In this document: piece by piece, positions 17,708-27,333 of the stretch
How positions within the stretch are numbered: the first letter of the stretch is position 1
Layout of the letters: each line of letters opens with the position of its first letter
Source: a virus
Lineage: Duplodnaviria; Caudoviricetes
IMG/VR virus record: IMGVR_UViG_3300042196_000315
Span: 1-51,835 of that record
Length of the DNA stretch: 51,835 nt
Strand: one strand, 5' to 3'
Notes under the pieces: generated by a model
Seen by the model: only the letters and a program-made list of their open reading frames with translations
The model's database searches: none
What the model was told of the DNA's origin: nothing
Position numbers and translations under genes: made by a program

Positions 17708-17744
17708 GACCCGACTCCTGTCGGGCGTAATCAAGGAGATAGAA

Positions 17745-18485
17745 ATGAAAATTGAATCAATTACGGTCAGCTACGCAAGAACCCAATCACTCTCTAATTA
17801 TTCCAACGTGAAACCTCATATCTCACTGACGGCCGTCATCGAGGAGGATGATGACTTCGAGGAGGTGCAGCGCTCCCTCCTGGCCGAGTGCAAGGCCGTT
17901 GTGGAAGGCGAGATTGACAATGCCCTGGAGTTTGACGGCGAGTCACCCAAGTTCTTTGACGGCCCGCTCTTCCAGGCGCTACGCAACCCCCAGCGCAACT
18001 GTGTCCTGATTCTGCCATCGGCCGTCAGCGAGCCGCGTGAACGAAACTGGAAAACGGCCGATGAATGGTATCGCGTTACCGGTAGCCCAATGCGATTTGA
18101 GACGGCGTATAAGGCGGCCGTCCGGGCCAGCATCGAAGGCGACCTGATCCTGGTCAACGGCGCGACCTGGGACGGCTCGGATTGGAGCCGGCTGCCACCC
18201 CTGCCCGACCCCGGGCCGGAGCCAACCTGGCACGCCAAGAGCCTGAATTTCAATCAACTGCGCCTGAAAGATGAATCGGTCTGGGAGGAATTGGCGCAGT
18301 TAGAGCACGTGACGGCCGATTATCTGCGCCGCCTCTACAACAACGATGCAGAACGCAAACTGAGCCAGGAGGATCTGATCGCCCTCATCCGGGAAAACCA
18401 GCCCTGGCCGCCTAAAGGCCGAAAGGCCGTTGTTGCTCATGATGAAGATTACGAGGAAGAAGAGGATTGGGACGACGATGATTAA
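17745..18485 (+). CDS. Hypothetical protein with acidic tail
   Basis: AAGGAG RBS; MKIESITVSYARTQSLSNYSNVKP N-domain; DEDYEEEEDWDDDD tail. Confidence 0.75.
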   Translation: MKIESITVSYARTQSLSNYSNVKPHISLTAVIEEDDDFEEVQRSLLAECKAVVEGEIDNALEFDGESPKFFDGPLFQALRNPQRNCVLILPSAVSEPRERNWKTADEWYRVTGSPMRFETAYKAAVRASIEGDLILVNGATWDGSDWSRLPPLPDPGPEPTWHAKSLNFNQLRLKDESVWEELAQLEHVTADYLRRLYNNDAERKLSQEDLIALIRENQPWPPKGRKAVVAHDEDYEEEEDWDDDD

Positions 18486-18630
18486 ACGGGAAGGCCGCTG
18501 ATTATGCCAGCAGCCTTCCCGAATTGATTGCCCTGGCGACTGCCTTCGCACAGCCCCAGGGCATGAGGCCGACTAACCCGGCCTGCGGGGATTCTATTCC
18601 TTGCCAGGCCAGACGGCAAAGGATAGATCC

Positions 18631-19833
18631 ATGGATCCGACAAAGGAAATTAAACGCTTAAAAGAGTTGGAACGGGCAAATGGCAGTATGGCAGCCCCAC
18701 ATAACCTGAAAGAGAGCAATTCCGGCCTCATCGCCAGCCTGGCTATCATTTTCGTTACCGGCCTGGCTGTCCTGGTTGGTATGATGTGGTCGGCCGCCGT
18801 GCCCAGCGAGCAGCCCACAGCCATCGCCACTTCGTCGCTGTTTGCGACCAGGCAGCTTCTGCCCACACCCACGCTGGCCCCCAGTAGGGAGTGGGTATTG
18901 GCAACGGCCGTGCCCCCGACCGGTACGCCCGTGCCCACGTGGACGGTTGCGCCGTTGCCGACTCCCGTTCCCACGTGGACGATGGTGCCCACCCAGACGC
19001 CTTACCCTACGTTGACTGCCCCGCCCACCCAGACGCCGCTCCCGACCCACACACCCTACCCAACGGCCGTGCCGCCGACATGGACACCACAGCCTACCTG
19101 GACGCCTACGGCCGTGCCTGTCACTGCCACCCCCACCCCTTCCACTATCATGTTGCCCGTGCCGCCAACGGCCGATACCACTACTATCAATCTATTGGCT
19201 GACCAGATCGCCAGCCAGCGCCGGCAGTTGTGGGTCGGCGGCGGGCTGATAGCTACCCTATTTGCCGCCTCGCTGCTCCTCCTGGCCTGGCTGCTAATTG
19301 GCTCCAACCGCCCTGCCCTGGCGGCCGCTCTTCGTGGTCTGCGGCGGGAATTGGCAGCCATACGGGAAATGTTGGCGGTTTGGGTTGGTCCTGACGGCAG
19401 CCCCTCTTCCCCCACCACGCCCCCCTCCCCCACACGCCAACAGCTTCCCCCACCCGTGCGGCCGCCAATCCGAGAGGCGCGGCGCGTAGTCGAGAGTTCA
19501 GAGAGTTCAAGGAGAGTTGAACCGGTTGAACCGGTTCAACTCGAACCAGTTGGCGAAGTTCAGCTACCGCTGAGCAAGGAGCGGGCACCGAACGCCGAAG
19601 AGCGGGCCTATATCCGCCGCCGTTATGCGGAGACGGGGAATCTAACGGCCGTTTGTATGGAATGTTATGACAGCAAAGGCGGCAAGGTTTGGGCCTGGGT
19701 TAAATCGGCCGTTGAGAGGCAAGAGGCGGGGCAACGGCCCCAACAGGAAGTTGGGCAGCAACAAGAACAGGTGGCCCGGCCGCCACGCCGACCGCTCATC
19801 ATCAACACCAGCCGGGGCAGGGAGGTGCTGTGA
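18631..19833 (+). CDS. Two-TM membrane protein with TP(Y/W)PT repeats
   Basis: TM, Pro/Thr repeat region, TM, C-terminal helical (HTH-like) region. Confidence 0.7.
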   Translation: MDPTKEIKRLKELERANGSMAAPHNLKESNSGLIASLAIIFVTGLAVLVGMMWSAAVPSEQPTAIATSSLFATRQLLPTPTLAPSREWVLATAVPPTGTPVPTWTVAPLPTPVPTWTMVPTQTPYPTLTAPPTQTPLPTHTPYPTAVPPTWTPQPTWTPTAVPVTATPTPSTIMLPVPPTADTTTINLLADQIASQRRQLWVGGGLIATLFAASLLLLAWLLIGSNRPALAAALRGLRRELAAIREMLAVWVGPDGSPSSPTTPPSPTRQQLPPPVRPPIREARRVVESSESSRRVEPVEPVQLEPVGEVQLPLSKERAPNAEERAYIRRRYAETGNLTAVCMECYDSKGGKVWAWVKSAVERQEAGQRPQQEVGQQQEQVARPPRRPLIINTSRGREVL

Positions 19834-20081
19834 TGGCTATCTTGGGCACAATGTTGGAGATCGCCGCCGGCATGATGGCAGCGACGGCCGAAAATGGCTA
19901 CGGCGTGTTTACGGAAGGCAAATTAGATGTAGTGGTCCCGACCGTGCCGGGCCACCCCGACCAAGTGGACGCTACTCAATTAATTGATGTGCATCAAATG
20001 ATCAACGGCACGGCCGATAATACGATAGAGGTCGAGCCGGACGGTAGCTGGCAGTGGTTTAATAGGAGGCGAGATGGCTGA
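19830..20081 (+). CDS. Hypothetical protein
   Basis: GGAGG RBS; overlaps upstream stop. Confidence 0.6.
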   Translation: MMAILGTMLEIAAGMMAATAENGYGVFTEGKLDVVVPTVPGHPDQVDATQLIDVHQMINGTADNTIEVEPDGSWQWFNRRRDG

Positions 20082-20277
20082 AGTAATGATTTTCCTGTTT
20101 GTGCTCAATGCCATTACGGGCGTTTGTGTTTTTGCATTGGAGCGGAAGGTGCAACGCCTCCAAAAAGAGATAGCCGCACTTAAGCGGCGGACCGCTGTTC
20201 CTGCTGCCAGGAAAAAGGGGCGGGCGCGATCTAGCGTCAAGAGCAGGATTTTGAGAGAGCTTGATAAGATAATATGA
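20074..20277 (+). CDS. Small TM + coiled-coil protein
   Basis: AGGAGG RBS; N-terminal TM. Confidence 0.6.
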   Translation: MAEVMIFLFVLNAITGVCVFALERKVQRLQKEIAALKRRTAVPAARKKGRARSSVKSRILRELDKII

Positions 20278-20295
20278 ATCAAGAGCCAGGAGGTA

Positions 20296-20523
20296 ATGAT
20301 GAAAAAGAAAACATACAGACCCGTTTCTAAGGAGAGGAAGGCGGAGTTGGGCATAAGGGAATTTAGAGTACCCGGCATCTTCCTCTTTCGTTGGACGTGG
20401 CATCCCGATCTGCCGCTCTATTTCACATTAAAATTCCTGGGACTAACGATAATGACACACAACTGGCACGGGTGGGACGCCCGGCTGATCGTCAAGTTTT
20501 TGGGTAAGGTGATCAGGAGATGA
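20296..20523 (+). CDS. Hypothetical protein
   Basis: AGGAGG RBS. Confidence 0.55.
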   Translation: MMKKKTYRPVSKERKAELGIREFRVPGIFLFRWTWHPDLPLYFTLKFLGLTIMTHNWHGWDARLIVKFLGKVIRR

Positions 20524-20524
20524 A

Positions 20525-21328
20525 ATGATGATGAAGCGAGGACAACAACTATTTGACCAACTATTTTCGACCATCGCCGCAATTCTCATGTCATTCATCG
20601 GCCATCTTTCCAAGTTCCTGGTGCCGGTGGCCCCGGCCTGGTACTGGGGCGATATTATCAACCAATCATCGGACAACCTGATTGTTGGCATCGCAGCGGC
20701 CGTTGTCCTGGAAATAGGCGGGATGCTCTCGGCCCACTATGCTGTCGTCTACTACGGGACAGCCAGGGGCCATTTGGCGGCCGCCATGACCGGCCTCTAC
20801 CTGGCCATTGGCATTGGTGTCATGTGGCTGATGGAAGCGGCCAATGTAGATACCAAGCTGGTGATCACGGCGGTCTTCGCTATCGCCGGCATGGTCTACT
20901 TGCTGGCCGCTATTTCCGAGTTGGAGCAGCGAGAGGAAGCGGCCAGGGAAGCGGCCGAGGCTGAGCGGGCAGCCAAAGAAGAAGCGGCCGAGGCTACCAG
21001 GAAGGAGCAGGAGGAAGCTGATCGCAAGCGCCAACAAGAGATAGAGGATAGGGAAATGGAACACCAGCAAAGGATGGATGCAGAAAAACTCAGGCTGGTA
21101 CACGAGGAAAAGATGGCCCGGATTGAGGCGAAGTCGGCCACTTCCAGGCGTTCAGATAGCGGGCACTTGCCGGTTACTTTGCCATCAGATTTTCGCTTAC
21201 TTGATGAGCGACAAAAGCACATGGTAAACGAGCTTTCCTCTGGCGAACTTCAAGATATGGCCGGTATTAGCGCGTCAACTGCCCGCCGGTGGAAGCGGCA
21301 AGTGAGCGCAAACGGAGCGGTTAATTAA
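20525..21328 (+). CDS. Multi-TM / coiled-coil / C-terminal HTH protein (SpdA/DUF2637-like architecture)
   Basis: About 4 TM helices, E/A/R coiled coil, ELQDMAGISASTARRWK. Confidence 0.6.
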   Translation: MMMKRGQQLFDQLFSTIAAILMSFIGHLSKFLVPVAPAWYWGDIINQSSDNLIVGIAAAVVLEIGGMLSAHYAVVYYGTARGHLAAAMTGLYLAIGIGVMWLMEAANVDTKLVITAVFAIAGMVYLLAAISELEQREEAAREAAEAERAAKEEAAEATRKEQEEADRKRQQEIEDREMEHQQRMDAEKLRLVHEEKMARIEAKSATSRRSDSGHLPVTLPSDFRLLDERQKHMVNELSSGELQDMAGISASTARRWKRQVSANGAVN

Positions 21329-21813
21329 TGCCAACCTACGCCAAACAGACCAACGTCCCGGTAGAGAAAACCCGCACCGAAATAGAGCGCACCCTCATGC
21401 GCTACGGGGCCACCGGCTTCATGTATGGCTACGATGGCAGCCGGGCCATGATCGCCTTCCAGATGACCGGCCGCCGCGTGCGCCTCAACCTGGGGCTGCC
21501 CGGCAGGGGCGAGCGTGAATTTATGTACAAGAAGGTGAACCAGTACAACTACGGCAAGCGACGAACGGCCGCCGAGCAGGAAGCCGCCTGGGAGCAAGCC
21601 TGCCGGCAGAAGTGGCGGGCGCTGCTGCTGGTGATTAAGGCCAAGCTGGAGGCAGTGGAGGCCGGCATTACCACGCTGGATGATGAATTCTTGGCCGGGG
21701 TGATGCTGCCTGATGGCCGTACTGTCGGGGATTGGGCACGGCCGCAAATTGAGCAGGTTTACCAGACCGGTGACATGCCGCCCTTGCTGCCCGGTCCGCG
21801 GAGTGAGGAATGA
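21328..21813 (+). CDS. Conserved phage hypothetical protein
   Basis: YAKQTNVPVEKTRTEIE...WRALLLVIKAKLEAVEAGI...EFLA, a widespread phage family. Confidence 0.8.
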   Translation: MPTYAKQTNVPVEKTRTEIERTLMRYGATGFMYGYDGSRAMIAFQMTGRRVRLNLGLPGRGEREFMYKKVNQYNYGKRRTAAEQEAAWEQACRQKWRALLLVIKAKLEAVEAGITTLDDEFLAGVMLPDGRTVGDWARPQIEQVYQTGDMPPLLPGPRSEE

Positions 21814-21940
21814 TGACACAACCTGAATTTTTGGACGGCGAGCCAATTTATCATGAAACACCCAGGCCGCCCGCATATGGCGCTGTGGCGATATTAGACC
21901 CTGTACATCCTGAATTATTAGATGAGGAGGAATAACCAAC

Positions 21941-22438
21941 ATGAACAAATACAAACTACCAAAAGAAGTCATTCCCGGCGCGGCCGCCCGCCTGCGGGAT
22001 GCCCTGGCCAGGCGCATCGTTCTCCGCCAGGCCGGGCTTGATACCTACACCTACGGCATGAAGTCAGGCGGCCGGGCCATTGTCTGTTTGTGCTGCGGAT
22101 TAGGCAGCAGTCACCCACAGGACATCGAGCGGCTGTATTGTGGCTTTTGCCAATGGTTTCATGAGGACACGCCCGAAAGCCCCCACCGGCTGCGCCAGGC
22201 GGCCGAAATCCAGCGCGCTCACGACATCCTAACGGCCGTCATCACAGGAGATGTGGACATAGAAATGGAAGACGATCAGTTGTGGCGAGCGGCCGCCGAC
22301 GTGCTTTGTTGGGTATTACAGCACGATCATAACGATGCCTTCGCCCGCAACCTGGCCAATTTAGAGGAAACGATTGCTGAGGCCGGCTATGAATTGGAAG
22401 ATCGCGGCCGGCCGATACCCCCTGAAGAACAACATTAG
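21941..22438 (+). CDS. Hypothetical protein with zinc-binding motif
   Basis: GAGGAGG RBS; CLCC...YCGFCQWFH. Confidence 0.7.
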   Translation: MNKYKLPKEVIPGAAARLRDALARRIVLRQAGLDTYTYGMKSGGRAIVCLCCGLGSSHPQDIERLYCGFCQWFHEDTPESPHRLRQAAEIQRAHDILTAVITGDVDIEMEDDQLWRAAADVLCWVLQHDHNDAFARNLANLEETIAEAGYELEDRGRPIPPEEQH

Positions 22439-22454
22439 TGTTTGCGCGCAAACA
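22439..22454. promoter_or_regulatory. parS-like palindrome 2, abutting the parB RBS
   Basis: GTGTTTGCGCGCAAACAC (18-bp perfect) followed by AAGGAG and parB ATG at 22470. Confidence 0.7.
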
Positions 22455-22469
22455 CAAGGAGAATCAACC

Positions 22470-24410
22470 ATGCTGCTCATTAACTTTCCCATTAATCGCA
22501 TACACCCCAATCCCTGGCAAACTCGCCAGGGCCTCGACCCGGCCTACATTGCAGATCTGGCCGCTGACATCAAGCGTAACGGCCTGATGCAGCCGCCGGC
22601 CGGCCGGCTGGTGGTTGACGCGGGTGATCGCCTGGCGGCCGTAGAGGCGGGTGGCTTTAGCACCGTTGCGGCCGTGCCCGATTTGCTAATCAGTGATGAC
22701 ATTTACTCCGTCCAATTGGCCATCGGTCACAACCGCCTGGCCGCTTACCGGCTGCTGGCTGAGCAGGAGCTGCACTGGTCGGACACCATACCCCTCCAGC
22801 TTGGCTGCCACGATGACCAGGCTATGGCCAAGATGGCCTGGTCGGAGAACGCCCAACGCAAGGATTTGACGCCGCTTGAGGAGGCCCAGGCTATTGGGAA
22901 AGCCATGGACGACTTCGGCTGGTCACAAGAGCAGGCCGGGGAGCATTTTGGCCTGAACCGTTCCACCGTCGCCAACAAACTCCGCCTGTTGCAACTGCCT
23001 GACGATGTTAAGCAGCAGCTTCACGGCCGTATCATCAGCGAGCGCCAGGCGGCCGCCCTATTGCCAATCTATCAGCTACCGGAACCGGCCCAGAAAAGAG
23101 CCGAGAAGCCAACAGATTACTGGACAAAGAGTCCGGCCGAGCTATTGGAGTTAGCTGGCAAGGGCGCCAGCTCTGACGATCTGCGGCAGCAGGTAGACAA
23201 AGCCGTCGCCTACGCAACGGCCGATCTCTCCCGCGCCGTCTTCCCGCTGGATCACGATTTCCTTGCCCGGCAAAACCGGCCATTTGGCGGCCTGCAAAGC
23301 GGCAAGTGCATCGGCTGCCCAATGAGATTAAAGGGCGACCGCTGCGGCGACGAGGGCTGTTTTGAGGCCAAAGAGGAGGTCTGGAAGAGCGACATACTGG
23401 CGGCCGCCAACAGCCAGACGGGATTGGCACTGCTGCCAAAGGACGTGATGGGCTATTACTGCGAGAGCTTCACCTACGATGAAGCGGCCGGTCACCACAT
23501 CATCGCCACCGGCTGCAAGCACAACCGCCTGCACCTGGAATTCCGTCCCGGCAGCAAGGGTATTTTTGTCGAGGGCTGCCCGGACGTGCGGATTGTGTGC
23601 AACAAGAGCGGCCGTGCCTGCTACTGTCTGGCCGCCTATGAGAAGGCCAATGCCGGGCCGGATCCGGCCGCCGAGCGGGAAAAGCGCATTAAGCAGCGAC
23701 ATAAGAAGCTGGTGGTGGAGCCGGCGCGGGAGGCATTGGCGGCCAGGCTACAAGAAAATGACCAGGCCGCCTGGCGTATGGCTATCAAGGCCATTAGCTA
23801 CGGCTTCCGGCATGAGGAGATTTTGGAAGGCGACTGGGAGAAGCTGCTGGCTAAATTTGCACTCAAGGCCGTTGGGGATGGTGCCGGCTATTACTGGGGC
23901 GAGTGGGAGGACGTGGCGGCCTCCCGCGAGAAGATGAATAAGTACCTGGAATTCGTGGGCCTTGTGCCCGACTACCCGGAGATCCCCGATGCGCCGCCGG
24001 ATAGCAAGCACGAGCGCATTATCTGGAAGATTGGCAAGGTTGCGGCCTGGATGGAAGGGGAGGCGGATCCGGACCCGGCGGCCGTGCGTGGCAATATCAC
24101 CAATTTGGAGAAGTACCGCAAACAGATTCAGGAGATACCCGTGCCGCAGATGACACCGGAGCTTGAGGCGGCCTTTGCGCAGTCGGCCGAACTGTTGAAG
24201 CGGTTGGACGGGATGCTCGCCGGTTCCGGTAATAGCGGTAATTCCGGCAATAGCGGCAATGATGAGGCTGGGCAGGAAACGGCCGTATCTGGCGACTATC
24301 ACTACACCGAAGAACTGGAAACGTACATCGGCCTGAAGGAGCATGAAATTAGCCAGATAAAGCAGCAGTTGGCGAACGCGGACGGTCGCGCTGAGACGGC
24401 CGCCAAATAG
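22470..24410 (+). CDS. parB: ParB/RepB/Spo0J-family protein with long C-terminal extension
   Basis: IHPNPWQTR, LAADIKRNGLMQP, GHNRLAA, ENAQRKDLTPLEEA, HTH WSQEQAGEHFGLNRSTVANKLRLL; Cys cluster. Confidence 0.9.
   Translation: MLLINFPINRIHPNPWQTRQGLDPAYIADLAADIKRNGLMQPPAGRLVVDAGDRLAAVEAGGFSTVAAVPDLLISDDIYSVQLAIGHNRLAAYRLLAEQELHWSDTIPLQLGCHDDQAMAKMAWSENAQRKDLTPLEEAQAIGKAMDDFGWSQEQAGEHFGLNRSTVANKLRLLQLPDDVKQQLHGRIISERQAAALLPIYQLPEPAQKRAEKPTDYWTKSPAELLELAGKGASSDDLRQQVDKAVAYATADLSRAVFPLDHDFLARQNRPFGGLQSGKCIGCPMRLKGDRCGDEGCFEAKEEVWKSDILAAANSQTGLALLPKDVMGYYCESFTYDEAAGHHIIATGCKHNRLHLEFRPGSKGIFVEGCPDVRIVCNKSGRACYCLAAYEKANAGPDPAAEREKRIKQRHKKLVVEPAREALAARLQENDQAAWRMAIKAISYGFRHEEILEGDWEKLLAKFALKAVGDGAGYYWGEWEDVAASREKMNKYLEFVGLVPDYPEIPDAPPDSKHERIIWKIGKVAAWMEGEADPDPAAVRGNITNLEKYRKQIQEIPVPQMTPELEAAFAQSAELLKRLDGMLAGSGNSGNSGNSGNDEAGQETAVSGDYHYTEELETYIGLKEHEISQIKQQLANADGRAETAAK
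24371..24391 (+). repeat. 21-bp dispersed element, copy 3
   Basis: Identical to 10648-10668. Confidence 0.85.
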
Positions 24411-24454
24411 CAGGCTAATATAATGAATCCTCATAGGCATTATAATGAATCCTT

Positions 24455-24754
24455 ATGAACGCACTCTCGATTGATCACCTCCTTGCCCAGGAGGTGATCG
24501 TCACCGACAAGCGCCGCCCCCTGGCCGCCTGGCCTCGTTATCGCGGCTCCCTGTTTTGGGACATAGAGGCCCTCAAGTATACAGTAGGGGTCTACGGCCT
24601 GGATTTCATCTCCTTCCGCCCGGACCAGGTGACGGCCGTAGATGGCCACATCATCACCATTGGCGGAAAAGGGGGCGCGTCGTATAGTGATAAGCAAGAT
24701 TCAGCCCCGCTTACGCGGGGGTCAGAAGAGACAGGAGGTAATATTAAAACATGA
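24455..24754 (+). CDS. Hypothetical protein
   Basis: 99-aa ORF in operon direction. Confidence 0.5.
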   Translation: MNALSIDHLLAQEVIVTDKRRPLAAWPRYRGSLFWDIEALKYTVGVYGLDFISFRPDQVTAVDGHIITIGGKGGASYSDKQDSAPLTRGSEETGGNIKT

Positions 24755-24773
24755 CAACGGAGGACTCCCAGAT

Positions 24774-25329
24774 ATGACAACCCTTTACATCTTCGACGTT
24801 GACGGCACGATTGCCGATAGAGATTCAGTCGGCATCTACCTGCACTTTATTGCCTGGCTCAAAGAGCAGCGAGCACGAGACGTAGTTGTTGCCCTGGCCA
24901 CCAACCAGGGCGGCGCGGGCCTACGGTATTGGATGGAATCGGCCGGCTTCGGCCGGCTTCGGTGACCCCGAAAAATACCCAAGTGAAGCAGAGATTATCG
25001 TGCGCCTGGAAACCATAGCCAATCAAATAGAGTACTGGCTCGGCCGCCCGCCCATTGTGCAGATGTGCTTTGCCTACCAGTCCAAGAAAAGCGGGCAGTG
25101 GGGGCCGGTTCCTCCCGGCTGGGAGAATGATCCCGCCTGGCAGCAAAACGGCCGTAAGCCGGACATCGGCATGATCCGCCGCATTGAAGACGAGATGTTG
25201 GGCAGGGGTTACGGTGACTTCCGGGTTATCCTCATTGGCGACAGTGACGAGGACAGGCAGGCGGCGAACGCGGCCGTTTGCGGATACGAGCACCCCGATA
25301 CATTTTTCGCCAGCGACAAATCATCATGA
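24774..25329 (+). pseudogene. HAD-IIIA phosphatase (PNK-3'-phosphatase/GmhB-like) frameshifted by a 10-bp tandem duplication
   Basis: FDVDGT and ATNQGG in one frame; RKPDIGM and IGDSDED in another; GGCCGGCTTC x2 at 24941-24960. Confidence 0.82.
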
Positions 25330-26729
25330 CTGAGCAACAAATCACGGCCGCCGATTTCCCACCTGTTCGCACGCAAACAATCCCCCTGGCCCTGGTAGAG
25401 GATCACCCTGACAATCCCCGCCTGCACCCCGACAGCCAGAAAGAGGCCCTCTCCGCCAGCCTGGAGACCTATACCTATGTGCGCCTGGCAGTGGTGCAGG
25501 CCCTCGAGGGCGGCCGCTTCCGCTGGGTGGCCGGGCATGGGGTGGGCAATGCGGCCAAGGCCGAGGGCTACGCAGAACTGGAGGTGCGCGTTATCCCGGC
25601 CGAATGGCCCGATTGGCTGGTCCAGGAGTACATGGTGGCCGACAACGGCACGGCCGCCCTGGGCCAGGATGACAGCGCGAGGCTGGCCGCTATCCTGGAG
25701 CGGGCCATAGAGCGAAAGCGGGAAGTGCTGGCGATGGGCTACGACCGCGGCAGGCTGGCCGGTGTCCTGGCCGAGACACGCCACCGGGGAGGCTATGCAG
25801 GTATTAAGGGCACGGCCGAGGGGGCCGATACTGCCCGGGCACTGGCTGAGGAGTGGTCAGTGGTGCCCGGGCAGGTGTGGAAATTGGGGGAGCACCGGCT
25901 CATTTGCGGAGACGCTGCGGACCCGGGCGCGTGGGAGCGTCTGGCCGCCCAACGGGAGGGTGGGGTAGAGGGCATCTTCACCTCGCCGCCCTACGCCCAG
26001 CAGCGCAAGGGCAGTTATGGGGGAATAGCCGAGGCTGATTACCTCCATTGGTTTGAGCCGGCCCAGGCCAATGCCAGAACCCACCTGGCGGCCGGCGGCA
26101 GCTTCTTCCTCAATATCAAGGCCCACTCCGAAGACGGCCGTCGCTCCCTCTATGTCCTCGATTTGGTGCTGGCCATGGCACGAAGATGGGGCTGGTCATT
26201 CATTGATGAATTCTGCTGGACGCGCCAGGGACTTCCCGGCCGCTGGCCTAACCGGTTTAAGAACGCCTTTGAGCCAATCTTTCACTTCGCCCGCTCGCCT
26301 GACATCCGCTTCTTCCCGGAGGCGGTCATACGGCCGTTCTCCCCGGCTACTATCATCGGCAGCCGTCACTATGTCGGCCGCAACACCGACCACAGCTACC
26401 ACATCTCCAACAATGTCACGGCCGCCGGCCTGGATGGTGCCCTGCCTTCCAATGTGCTGACAATCCCTACCGGCCAGACGGCCGAAACGATAGGGGCCTA
26501 TCACGGCGCTGCCTTCCCCCCGGCGCTGGCCGAGTTTTTCATTAAGGCGTTTTCTCAGCCGGGAGATACCTGGTGTGATCCATTTCTTGGTTCCGGAACG
26601 ACACTGATAGCCTGCGAGACCCTGGGCCGGCGCTGTGTGGGCATTGAGATACGGCCGGAATATGTGGCCGTCGCCCTGGCCAGGTGGCAGCACAAGACCG
26701 GCCGGCTGCCAAGGCTAATTGCCAATTGA
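25326..26729 (+). CDS. ParB-like N-domain fused to amino-methyltransferase (N4-C/N6-A, beta class)
   Basis: HPDNPRLH...AGHG...ADN; HRLICGD; FTSPPY; DPFLGSGTT. Confidence 0.9.
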   Translation: MTEQQITAADFPPVRTQTIPLALVEDHPDNPRLHPDSQKEALSASLETYTYVRLAVVQALEGGRFRWVAGHGVGNAAKAEGYAELEVRVIPAEWPDWLVQEYMVADNGTAALGQDDSARLAAILERAIERKREVLAMGYDRGRLAGVLAETRHRGGYAGIKGTAEGADTARALAEEWSVVPGQVWKLGEHRLICGDAADPGAWERLAAQREGGVEGIFTSPPYAQQRKGSYGGIAEADYLHWFEPAQANARTHLAAGGSFFLNIKAHSEDGRRSLYVLDLVLAMARRWGWSFIDEFCWTRQGLPGRWPNRFKNAFEPIFHFARSPDIRFFPEAVIRPFSPATIIGSRHYVGRNTDHSYHISNNVTAAGLDGALPSNVLTIPTGQTAETIGAYHGAAFPPALAEFFIKAFSQPGDTWCDPFLGSGTTLIACETLGRRCVGIEIRPEYVAVALARWQHKTGRLPRLIAN

Positions 26730-26760
26730 TCCCCCGCCCCCAGATATGGTATACTTAGGC

Positions 26761-26952
26761 ATGGCATCACAGCAGCAGTATCCACCTGAACCCACCCCCA
26801 AACGCCCCCCAAAACCCCCTGACTGCACCTGTGGTTACCCTATTGCTGTTGCCCGCAATCTCACCCTCCACGCGCCAAATTGTCCGGCTTACAAGCGGAT
26901 TTGGGCAGAGATGACCAGGGCCAGTGAGGCCGAAAGCGAGCCTCAGCAATGA
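26761..26952 (+). CDS. Small Cys/His protein, probably leaderless
   Basis: TGGTATACT extended -10 just upstream of ATG; CTCG...HAPNC. Confidence 0.5.
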   Translation: MASQQQYPPEPTPKRPPKPPDCTCGYPIAVARNLTLHAPNCPAYKRIWAEMTRASEAESEPQQ

Positions 26953-26994
26953 TCGCCGCCGCCCCTTACTCGCTCACCTCCTCTTCCTCTCCCC

Positions 26995-27029
26995 AAACGG
27001 CCGTCACAAATCTTGTGACGGCCGTTTTT
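26995..27029 (+). terminator. Intrinsic terminator
   Basis: 15-bp IR AAACGGCCGTCACAA / TTGTGACGGCCGTTT plus T-tract. Confidence 0.75.
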
Positions 27030-27132
27030 GTTTGTGCGCCAGGTGGCCGGCCGTGCTGCTGTCATGTGCCCTTTGGCCTCCCTCGCTGGTAAAGAATCCT
27101 TATCACTATCCGAACCCCCCAAAGCAACAGAC

Positions 27133-27160
27133 TTGACAGCGGCAATCTCCCACTTACAAT
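27133..27160 (+). promoter_or_regulatory. Promoter upstream of packaging operon
   Basis: TTGACA-16 bp-TACAAT. Confidence 0.6.
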
Positions 27161-27168
27161 GAAGAGTG

Positions 27169-27333
27169 ATGCTTAAGAGATTTATAGGCTGGATTAAACG
27201 CAAAACGGGGTACTACAGAACCGAAACGGGCACAACTTACTACCAATTTCGCCTCGGCCGTCGAGTGGTGTCAATTTCCATCAATGACGGCCGTCCGCCG
27301 GTTGGGGCAATTGAGGAAGTAGAGCATGACTAA
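27169..27333 (+). CDS. 54-aa ORF below track cutoff
   Basis: MLKRFIGWIKRKTGYYRTETG...; starts just after promoter and overlaps the terS start. Confidence 0.5.
   Translation: MLKRFIGWIKRKTGYYRTETGTTYYQFRLGRRVVSISINDGRPPVGAIEEVEHD

Noticed and set aside
19492-19552. 9-bp tandem/palindromic repeats (GAGAGTTCA, GTTGAACCG)
   Set aside because: Local to one Pro-rich linker and not seen elsewhere; insufficient support for a function
24222-24260. 9-bp repeats encoding (GNS)n in ParB
   Set aside because: Synonymous variation between units; ordinary low-complexity linker
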